Both the position numbers and the translations under genes were made by a program. Of a DNA stretch of 64,000 nt, positions 10,570 through 21,657 are shown piece after piece. This stretch comes from Azolla caroliniana (Eukaryota; Plantae; Polypodiophyta). The notes below the pieces were generated by a model that searched no databases, was not told the origin of the DNA, and was given only the letters and a program-made list of their open reading frames with translations. Position 1 is the stretch's first letter. Every line of letters starts with the position of its first letter. The DNA is taken from contig JBHGNT010000001.1 in NCBI GenBank assembly GCA_043228905.1, forward strand, positions 23,498,001-23,562,000, in the 5' to 3' direction.

Positions 10570-12746
10570 TTTATCGAATGATATACAAGCTAGAAAGTGG
10601 GTTAGCCATATTTTGCAAGAGATCCAATGCCATGATCAATTGGCACAAATACTGTGCAATATGGCTTTCTCATGAAACACATCCTGCGTGGCACCCACAT
10701 CCCTCTTTCAAATGGATCAATCAAGGAGCGAGCACCAAATATTTGGGTTTCCAAATTGGTTTCAACATACCGCCAAAGACTATGATTGCACCCGTTATCC
10801 ATTCCATTCAACAAAAGTTGATACATTGGAGTTCGAAAAAACTGTCGCTAGCGGTTCGCATCATAGTGGAAAACTAGGTACTACTCGCAACAACATGGTA
10901 TAGTCTATCATGTTGGACAATCTCCAAGGAAAGTATACATCAGATTCAACGACTAGTACGCAACTACATTTGGTCTAGTAAGGAAGATCAGGTAACTCGC
11001 GCCAAGGTGGCGTGGCCTATACTCACAACACCTAAGTCGAGAGGGGGATTGGGTCTTATTGATCCCCTTTCACAATCAAAAGCCTTACTTGCCAAAATTG
11101 AGGTGCGAGGACTCCAACCAATAAATGACTATTGGAAACTACTACTCCGGTTACACTTCGCTTACTTTAGGCCACGAAAAGGGGTCAATTGGGCCCCCCA
11201 AACGGGATGGATTCTAAACATGGATCTCAAACCTAGTTTCTCCTGGCAATTGGAGGATAGATTCAGTGCATCCATGTGGAAGGCATAGTGCGACATTAGA
11301 CGAGGGCTCAAGTGCGATCAACCGAGTTTCGAACGTGCATGGCTCAGTCAACGTATCCTATGGAACCCATGTATCAAGGATGAATCTAATCAACTACTTG
11401 GATCAAGTAAGGGGTTGTCATGGGGATACATTGCAGAAGGTCCAAGAAAAAGTATAGAATGTTGGAGACGATTTATGTCACTGCCACTACAAGATCGAGC
11501 CAACTTACTCCATGGAATCAGGGGCGGATGGACAATGAGATCGGAAATCATTAACGCTCTATTGATTAGGGAAGCTGCTACTCAAAGGCTGACAATGGAG
11601 AAATGGATAGGCTACGAGGAGGAGGGATCTTTGATCCCGAGAGGTAGGGGAACACCAGACAGGATCGAAGGCTCTGAATTGCGAGACACTAAGCCCACAC
11701 AGAATAACGCAATTCGAGTACTCGCATATACTGGTCATAAATGGATTGTAGACCCTGATACGATCAAAGTACAACCCGATTGGCACATATGTACTCATGA
11801 AAACACATGGCTCCGTAAGGTTAGTTGGGACCCTTTGCAATGGACATGGCGTAATCCTTACGCGGGGCAAGGAAGCAAACCCATCCCTTTCTTCCAATTC
11901 ACAACTAGTTTGGGTCGCCACATTCTAGCTACTCAAACCGCCCGAGAGCCGACTGCTGCAAGGTTTGGCACACATATCAAGTTCCTCACACAATTATCAC
12001 CAAGTTTTGGCAGAAAATCTCGAAACAACAACACGCGAGGCGAATTACCACGTTCCAATGGCTATTAATACATAAGTCACTACCGGTGGGAGCATGGCAA
12101 CGTGGGAACCTTAGCTCTCCTAATTGTGTAGAGTGCACAAATGTAGTAGAATCAATACGACACGATCTGTGGGACTGCCCAACGTCCCATTGAATATGGC
12201 GGGGGGTTGGCCGCTTGTTGCAATTATGCCAGGTGCAAGGTTCAATCAAGTGGGGTAATATATGTTGGCTATCATGGCAGACCCCAGTTGGCAGATACGA
12301 GCATCAAGAGTAGGGGATGACTTTGGTGATAAAAGCACAAGAGGTTTTTTTCGCCGCCAATGGCAATGTCCACTCAACTCCTCTTAATGACAAATCTCAA
12401 GTTGTATTGGAATTGATCTGCCCAATAACTCTCTGGATTCTATGGAAACAACGGTGTAGACAAGTCTTCTCCAACCAAACCGCGCATCCAACAATGTTAC
12501 TGCAAGAGATATGGAGTGAAATTATAGCCACTCTAAAGAGCCAATATGATGGCCTCAATGGCGGCTCCGATGGAGTCGAAAGACAACGAATAGCCTTCAT
12601 CCAACAATGGTCGTCCTCTCCCTTTCTTGAGTCAGTGGGCATCCACATAAGATGGGACTATTGCGTCCCTAGAGGGATTTGTACATAATGATCTCATTTG
12701 TAAAATTTTATAACTAATGGAAGGAGTTTTTTTTTGGAAAAAAAAA
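10570..12746 (+). mobile_element. 5'-truncated, degenerate L1/Tx1-type LINE (RT C-terminus, zinc-binding domain, poly-A tail)
   Basis: KYLGFQIG...WSSKKLSLA, PKSRGGLGL, CVEC...H...C zinc motif near 12125-12180, LWILWKQRC, and an A-tail at 12738-12746. The 3' end is shared with 35069-35326. Confidence 0.85.
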
Positions 12747-13069
12747 GTGATTTTTTGAAATCTTTCGCTTATAATTTCTTTAAGATCTAAAAACTTACTA
12801 GTTGTAATTTCTCCTTAAAAATACACAAAGTTATCTTTTCGTATTTGGCCAAATTTTGGCATTTTTCAATTTCACTAAATGGTGAAAATTTCAGCTTTTT
12901 CATCAAGTTTTCAAGAACACGTGATACTGGTATCAAGGTATTTTGTGAAATGGCCAAAAAAGCCCCAAAATAAGACGTAATATTCCTTATCCTTCCATTT
13001 GTGCGCGATCCTTCCACTTGTGAACTCGAACGTGTTATAACTTAAAGAATAATCCTAATATAATCATGA

Positions 13070-14170
13070 AAATCAGTCGGCAAAAACCTAGGGACTTGCA
13101 TTTTCTCAAGAGAAAGTGGCGTAGGCGTCTTGTGGATAAAGTGACCTATATCCAAGTTACGAGGCACCACTCACTATGATTAGACATCTATGCCTCATAG
13201 CATCTCATTTTCTCCCTTATTATAACGTGAACAAAAGTTCATTCTACACAAACCTCCCAAAAGATTTCGAGTTTATTAGTTTTATGTCATCCTAAAAAGT
13301 TATTAAGCTAAAACTTTAGGCTAAATTATATGTGGTTACAAAAATTATGTATTCGAACAAGCCTCAAAACGGCTATATCACCTCTCTCATTGTCTCCCCA
13401 CCCCTTGTCTTATCTTCACCTTTAACATCCTCTCCCTATACTTGATCATTCCTACGATAGAAGGCCTCATAGCCCTCAAAAAGCTATCATCACCCTCTTC
13501 CCCTTTCAAAAAACTAATGTAATACTTAACATTGCCGAATTAATTCTTAGAAATTATTATCTATCTTTTAAATATTCAATATGGTTAGAAATTAAAGACA
13601 CTCTAATGGAAAGCAAATTCGTAAGACAATTTCTGCATGTCGTTTTCTTACATAGAAGAAGAAAATCATTGTTTTGGAGATCCAACATTGCTCTACTGTG
13701 AATGCTACATTGATGATGCAATCGGGATATGGAATGAGTCTATTGACACCCTCAAAGTCTTCTTACAAAGTTACAAGGCAACACTCCAACGATACATTCA
13801 AATTGAGCAAAGAGGCAACAATCCTAGATATCAATCTCTTCGAAAAATTGTCCTTCGCATGTGATGGTACCTTGGACTCTTGTTGCCACTAAAAACATCT
13901 CAACACCTACATATACCTCCAGAAATCTTCTCACCCTGGAGCTTACAAGGAAGGTTTCATCACAAGAGAACTCAAATGTTATGTCATTAGAGAAAGTAAA
14001 AAAAAAAGGTTTCATCACGTTGAGAATAAAGTTCTATGATGGTCTTCGAGATAGAGCATATCCCTCTAACTTTCTTGCAATATGTTTTCACAAAGGGGCT
14101 ACTCCGATTATATTCAAATTTTTGTATTTGCATTATATCAAAAAACTCCAAATAGGGTGTTTCATTTGAT
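13070..14170 (+). mobile_element. Decayed Penelope-like element (PLE) reverse transcriptase
   Basis: Ordered, frameshifted motifs: GKNLGTCI (13079; cf. DKNLG), FYVILK (13280; cf. FYxLPK), FTFNILSLYLIIP..EGL (13415; cf. DVxSLYTNIP), LILRNYYLSF, DTLMESKF (cf. GTAMGS), YIDDAIGIW (13706), ILDI, GFITRELKCY, LRDRAYP (cf. LxxRGYP). Confidence 0.7.
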
Positions 14171-14914
14171 ACAAACTCAAATCTCTACTCCACCATCCCT
14201 TATTTAATGTTGGGTTAATTAACTTGTTTTCTTAATTAATTAGTTTCTAATGGCATATTTCTTTGGCAATCTCTATTCTCATTCTCATTAGGTTATCAAA
14301 CCTACACCCTAATCCAATTACTTCTCAGGATCCTCAACCTATAACCCTAATATCCTTAAAACTTTAAAACACTAAAATGTTTCTTAACCATCTCTTCTCC
14401 CTCCTCTCCATTTTTATTTAGTTGAGGCTCATTGGATTTCTGTAAGTTTAAAGCATTCTATCTTATCTCTCAAGTTTTTAATAAACTTAGTATCTAAGCA
14501 TGCTAGTTATTCGGGGTAACTAGAACCCCTATCTATTGGTGATGTGTTGCTCTTATATTGAAGATTAGTATAAGGTTCTAAAAAGAGACTTATTTGCTCA
14601 ACCATCAACAAACATTACACTCACACCTCACGATGGCCAACTAAAATTAAGGCATGAGTCATAGCCGATCGGAAGGACAATGGAATTTAGACTATGGGGT
14701 GCCTTAGGAAACAACTGACAAAAGCTCAAGGGTGGCACAAGGGGGCTACACAATCTTGGTTTCCTAAGCATACCCGAGTATGTAGACCAACTAAACCAAG
14801 GCAAACAGTTGAGAATCAAATTCAAATTCCCTATGGTCTGAACACATCCTAAGACCACAAGTGTGGGGACACACCACCACTACTTTGTATCATGGAACTT
14901 AACTCCAATGACAC

Positions 14915-15118
14915 TGTTGAGAATCGAACTCAACTTCCCATAGATAGGTTTCACACTAGCTCATGGACATGTTGGGCTAGTTTTGTAAATAGTAGAAAGG
15001 GCACTTGCCCTAGCTTAGTTAGTATATAAACCAACGCATTGTAACTCAGTTATTGTTGGATGTTTTATGCTTTGATGTAATTTTGGTTAATATACAGTTT
15101 GTCTATCTTTGTTGTAAG

Positions 15119-15188
<70 letters not shown>

Positions 15189-18100
15189 AGACACACACAC
15201 ACACACACACTCATCTTCCGCTGGATTACAACCACTCTTGCCTCCTCATTTCTTTACATGGTATCAGAGCGTGTGGTTGCCTGATCGAGCCTATTCGACT
15301 GTGTTGTGCTGCACGCCGACAATCAATAGAACCGGCCCATCGACAGAGAAGAAATCACCATGAATACTCAAATGGGAAGCGCTCTTCCTATCGAGAAGCT
15401 CGACAGAACGAACTTTGCATCTTGGGAATACAAGATGCATCAATACCTTGTCGGACAAGGCTACTAGAGCTACATCGAAGGAGTTCACGAATCACACCCA
15501 CCCACAAGACACGTTGACTATCCCGCTTGGGAGCAAGCCGCAAGCCATGTGTTGTATTGCCTTGCATCATGCATTCATGATCATATGCTTGGCTACATTC
15601 GAGAGGCAAAAACTCCGAAGCAGGCGTGGGAAAACCTCAAGAAGATCTTCGCAGTCAATACGGTCGCACAAAAGCTCCAACTTCGACAGGAGTTGAACAA
15701 TCTTCAACAAAGAGACACGTCAATCGGCAACTACACCTTAAAGATCAAGGAGTTGTGCGATGCCCTTGGATCAATCAATGTTAGCATTGACGACGAAGAA
15801 ATGGTGCAGATGTGCCTCGGTGGCCTGGCACCGCGATTTGGCCGTTCTCGCGAGAGAGAATCCTCCCTCCTTTTTTTATCTCAAATCGTTATTGTTGGTC
15901 GAAGAGAATCATGTGTGTCAAAGGAACAACGTGCATGAAGGACAGATGCTATATTCGAACTTCGATAGAGCAAGAGGACATGGTCGCGGCAGGAGGGGCC
16001 AATACGGCCAAGGTCGACACAATCAACATCGTAACTCCCACCAATGGCAAGCCGGCAGAAACCGCCCTAGAGAGTTCGGCGGAAGGGGGAGTCATCACGC
16101 CGGACCAAGCAACCGTAGGAACCCAATTGAGTGCGGGTACTGCGGAAAACCCGACCACTACGAAGAGGAGTGTTAGAGGATGAAGCGTGAGCAAGGCCGA
16201 CAACTAACAAATTACGCCACGAACGCCGACTACGGCGACCACGGCGGAATGTTCATAATGAAGCACGAAGCGCACTCAATGTCCGCACTTGCGTCAACTA
16301 CCGCTTCCACTCCGAACAAAGTATGGTTTGTCGATTCAGGAGCATCCAATCACATGATGTCCAACGAAGATTGGTTTCGGGAACTTCTAAAGCCCAAACG
16401 TCCCGGATATGTCGAAACGGGAGATGACACGACTCACCCCATACAACATATCGGGAACATCCCATTCGGAAACGACGACAAACAGACCTACCTCAAGAAC
16501 GTGCTGCATGTCCCCACCATTACGAAAAACCTGGTCTCAATCAGCCAGATTATCGAACAAGGAATGCAAGTACGCTTCAATAATGACAGATGCTTCATCG
16601 AGAGAGGCGATCAAGTCGTAGCTCACGGCCGACGAGAAGGCCGTATGTTCATCCTCGAATCAAGCGAGGTAAAGTCAGCCATGTACGCAAAGGGCCAGAA
16701 AGTCAAAACCGACTTAAAACTGTGGCACAAGAGAATCGGCCACATTAATCTCCAGAAGCTACAAAACATACAATCGAAAGGAGTCGTAATCGGACTCCCG
16801 AACTTTACGGCAAAGGAGATTACTGGCGTATGTGAAGCATGTCAGTTCGGAAAGCAACATCGTCACCCATTCCCTAACGAGCGGAATGTGAGCAAAGGGA
16901 TCCTGGATGTAATACATTCAGATGTATGGGGACCAGCCCAAACAACTACATTCGGCAGATGCCAATACTATGTCAAGTTCATCAACGACTTCTCCAGGAA
17001 CACCTGGATCTATCCGATAAAGCAGAAGAGTGAAGTGTCCAGGCACTTCGAAACATTCAAGGCCAAAGTCGAAAAAACTACGGGTCGGCATGTACGTTGT
17101 CTTCGATCAGATGGAGGCAAAGAATATTTTTCAGATGAATTTACGGAGTATCTCCGAAAAGAAGGAATCCGATGAGAGTTCTCGTGTCGACACACGCTTC
17201 AGCAAAACGGCATAGCAGAGCGTAAAAATCGCCATGTAGTAGAAGTTGCACGAGCCATGATGAATGAGAAGAACCTATCGAAATCATATTGGGTAGAAGT
17301 GGCAAATACATCCGTATATCTCATGAACAGGTGCACAACCTCGGGAGTACACAATATAACTCCACATGAGAAGTTCTTCGGAAAGAAGCCGAATTTGTCA
17401 CATGTCCACATTTTCGGCTCTATCACCTACATACATATTCCCGACGATACGCGGCAAAAGCTTGACCCAAAGTCGGAGAAATGTATCCTCGTAGGATACT
17501 CACTCGAACAGAAGGGGTACAAATGCTACAACCCATCTACCCATAAGGTTCAAACTAGTCGAGACGTAGTCTTCGACGAATACGCATCTTGGTACGCACC
17601 AAAGAACACTTCGACTCCAACCCCGCTCGACGCAGATGACACTAAAACAGAAATAGAAGCTGAGGATCGGCTCACACAGATGTTAGAAGACAGCCCAATT
17701 ACGACACGGTTGAGTGGGCCATCTGAGCCGCCGAGCGATGAAAGCACATCTCGGCCGAGTCTGAAGTTGGACAAAGGGAAGGCGAAAATGTGGGAATATG
17801 AAGATCAGGAAGAGACCGAGATGCTTCACTCTCTTGACAGTGAATTTGAAGATCTCGACATCCGCATAGATGGAGCGAAGAAAGCCATACTCCCCACGGA
17901 TTGAGAGCTACGCCGATCCACACGTGAAAAGAACCTCGTAAACCGCTACAGCTACGACGAGTACATGGCGTATCACTACGCTTTTATGATGAATGTAGCG
18001 TCAGTATAGGAACCGGAAACGCTTTCCGAAGCCACAAAGGATCCGCGATGGGTTGACGGGATGAATGAGGAGATGGAAGCTTTATGCAAAAACGAGACAT

Positions 18101-18555
18101 GGGATCTCGTTCCTCTTCCCAGATTGGTTACAGATGGATATACAAAGTAAAATACAATGTCGACGGATCCGTAAATCGCTTCAAAGCACGGCTCGTTGCG
18201 AAAGGCTATGTGCAAACGCACGGCATAGACTACAACGAAACCTTTGCCCCGGTGGCAAAGATGACAATTGTACGGACAGTAATTGCACTCGCCGCAGCGA
18301 AGGGATGGCACCTCCACCAGATGGACGTGAAAAACGCTTTCCTCCAAGGAGAGTTAGAAGAATAGATGTACATGATACAACCACCCGGATTCGAATCGCG
18401 TAAACATCTACACGTTGTCGAGGTACTTGTGGTTCGTGCGGCGAAGTCGCGGGGACTAAGGTTAAGGGGAGTTGAAGGAACTTAACTTTTAATAAGGCTT
18501 GTATGGTGATGATACAATGGTTAAGGATAGTAAGAAGAAGAGTTATGAGTAATGT

Positions 18556-18599
<44 letters not shown>

Positions 18600-20954
18600 C
18601 AAGCATAGATAAAAGATAGAGACAATGTATGATTCAAGAAAGAAGATTGAGACGAAGTATGATTCTAGAAAGAAGATTGAGACAAAGTATGATTCAAGGA
18701 ACAAGAGTATATGATATAAACATGATGTATATTAAAAATATAATATTTTACCAACTTTACAATCCTTGATCATAAGATGAATCTTTTGAATACCGACTCT
18801 TGATTTGAACCCACGACCTCAACTTCGAAACGAGAGGTTCTCCACCCAATGAGCTAGTCTTCTCTACTTGTTTGTATTATTTTCTCACTCTCCCTTCTTG
18901 ATCCTTGTTTTCCTTGCCCCTCTTTATATAAGTGTTGTCATACATATGGTAATGTATGGGAGCATGGCATGCATGCAATGCATGAGTTACATGTAATGCA
19001 TGATCGCCATTTGGCGCACATGTATTACACGTGATGCATGGTAGCCATCATGCTAACTTGAGCTCCCATGTATGAAAATAGATATGGGATAAGTATAATG
19101 ATAAAAATGCATTCTAAAATAACTAACCTAGCTTAGTGGTGTATACTTTGTGTTTGGCATACAAGGTTGAGAGTTCAAGTCTCTCAATTTTACTTAATAC
19201 AATATATAGCTTCATTCTTATATCATGAAGCACATTTATTACACACCTTTAAAAATAAATAGCCTAGCCTAGTGGTATGTACATTGTACTTCGTATATAA
19301 GGATGTGGGTTCAAGTCTCTCAAATATTATTAAATACAACATTTAAGCTCATTTTTATATCGTGAAGCACATTCTTCACGACAACGTCGTATGCTAACTC
19401 AAGAAGCCACTCTACGGCCTCAAACAAGCACCGCGTGCTTGGCATTCGAAGATCACGCAGTATTTTCATCAAGTCGGATTTCGGATGTCAAAATCCGATA
19501 CTTCTTTGTACATCCGAAATGAGTCGGATAGCCTGATCATCATCATCCTATACGTGGATGACTTGGTCATTGGAGGAAAGGATCTCGCTAAGATCAACAA
19601 AGTCAAAACACTTCTCTCCGACATATTCGAAATGAAAGACCTGCACAAACTCCATTACTTCCTAGGTATTGAAGTAATTCGGACACCAGTCGAAATAATG
19701 ATCTCTCAACGACACTACATTCTCAACTTACTATACAAGTTCAGAATGACCGAGTGCAAGCATGTGTCTACCCCTCTTGATCGTAATCTCAAGATCGATG
19801 CCAGTTCCGGAACCACTGAGAGTGAGCCGACTCAGTATCGACAACTGATCGGTAGTTTGATCTATCTGACCATTACGCGACCCGACCTCAATTATTCGGT
19901 CAGCCTACTTAGCCAGTTTATGCAGAATCCGCGAAATCTTCATCTGGACTGCGCTAAGAGGATACTTCGGTATGTCAGTATGACAATGGACTACGACATT
20001 ATGTACAAGACGAATGCGATCATTCGACTCGAAGGGTACACAGACCCGGACTGGGCAAGATATAAAGTGGATAGGCGATCCACATCCAGATTCGTCTTCT
20101 CTCTTGGTAGCGGAGTGATCTCCTAGAGTAGTAAGAAGCAGCTGACAATCGCACTGTCGAGCACAGAAGTCGAATACAGGGGCACAACAGTCGCTGCATG
20201 TGAAGCCGTTTGGCTCAAACGCGTACTAAAGGATCTGGGTGTACCCATCAAGGATCCAATTCGTCTCTACTGCGACAACATGAGCAGTATCTACCTGGCG
20301 TGGAATCCCATATTCCACGCGCGGACTAAGCATATTGAAGTCCACTACCACTTCATCCGCAAGCGCGTACAGGCCGAAGAGATCGACCTACAACACATCA
20401 GTACGCACCTCCAGGTTGCTGATATTTTTACGAAAGTTCTAGGCGTCGACAAGCTCGGGCAATTTGCATCGGACCTTGGTCTCACGACATCTACATTGCT
20501 GAGCTTGAGGGGAAGTACGCAGCATAGACTACGCAACACACAATAAGAAGCGGAAAACAATAATGCCGGAATCTAATTCCTTAAATCGAAGTACTCCGAA
20601 GACCGAAATAACCTTTCGACATATGGAAGTTGTGTTCGAAGGGGCGTGTTGAGAATCGAACTCAACTTCCCATAAATAGGTTTCACACTAGCTCATGGAC
20701 ATGTTGGGCTAGTTTTGTAAATAGTAGAAAGGGCACTTGCCCTAGCTTAGTTGGTATATAAACCAGCGCATTGTAACTCGGTTATTGTTGGATGTTTTAT
20801 GCTTTGATGTAATTTTGGTTAATATACAGTTTGTCTATCTTTGTCGTAAGAGCTCTCTCTCTCTCACTCACTCTCTCTCTCTATCTTGACACACACACAC
20901 ACTCACTCATCTTCTGTTGCATTACAACCACTCTTGCCTCCTCATTTCTTTACA
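14915..20954 (+). mobile_element. Full-length but mutated Ty1/Copia retrotransposon, TSD GACAC
   Basis: LTRs 14915-15258 and 20647-20954 (TGTTG...TTACA). tRNA-iMet PBS TGGTATCAGAGC 15259-15270; PPT before 20647. Gag zinc knuckle [68 protein letters not shown] on both flanks. Confidence 0.95.
18416..19383 (-). mobile_element. Solo LTR of the tRNA-Trp family inserted in the Copia RT, 4-bp TSD ACGT
   Basis: TGTCG...CGACA termini, homology to 52-927, and ACGT at 18412-18415 and 19384-19387. Excision restores the KHLHVVC reading frame. Confidence 0.9.
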
Positions 20955-21657
20955 GACACATAGTTAGTAGGTGGTTAAGTCCCCAATAGGTGGTTGTGGT
21001 GAGAAAATATGAAGAGAAGGTTACTACATACACACCTTCTCCTCATCTTTGTAATTGTTGTTGGTTGGTTTTTTTTGGTTCCTGTTAATATATAGATTTC
21101 TAGTTTTCTGTATACCTTGTGCCCCCCCCCCCCCCTCTCTCTCTCTCTCACACACACACACTCACGCACGCGCGCGCGCATCTCTTTCGCTGCACAGAAT
21201 CACACTCGATTCTTTACACAAGCTATAGAGCAAAAGTGTGAGGCTTGTGCTAGCCGCAAGCCAGATCACAAAGGAAAAGCACCTTTTTGTCATGTTATGT
21301 TGATCCAACCTTGGGAGTCCTCGTAATGTTCTCACTTCTATAAGCTCGTGATTACAGAAAGGTAAAGCACCCTTTTTATAATGTTATGTCGATCCAACCT
21401 TGGGACTCCTCGCAACGTTTTCCCTTCTTTAGGCGAGAGATTGCGGCCATTTGAAGTTCAAGTGTGAAACGGACCACACTTATTCCGGCCAGTCTCTTCC
21501 TCTTCTTTTGAGAGATATGGCTATGGCGATGGTTCCTTATCAGCTCAATGGGCGATCTATACGATTAAGATTTTTGTTCTTTATCTCTCTATGTCTTGCC
21601 AGTAAGAACAAGGAAAAGAAGAAGCAGAAGCAGAATTAGCAGGAGAAGAAGAAGACC

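Noticed and set aside
10257-13025. DNA transposon surrounding the L1 (10257-10570 and 12750-13025)
   Set aside because: The sequence looks repeat-like but I could not identify matching terminal repeats, a TSD or transposase motifs.
15053-15284. ORFs with SLSLSL/THTHT runs, and the many short antisense ORFs over TE and PPR coding regions
   Set aside because: Translations of (CT)n/(CA)n microsatellites or shadow frames of real coding sequence.
21451-21639. In-frame upstream ORF as an N-terminal extension of the PPR protein
   Set aside because: It is separated from the main ORF by a TAG at 21637-21639 and overlaps a likely UTR intron acceptor. There is no evidence for read-through.
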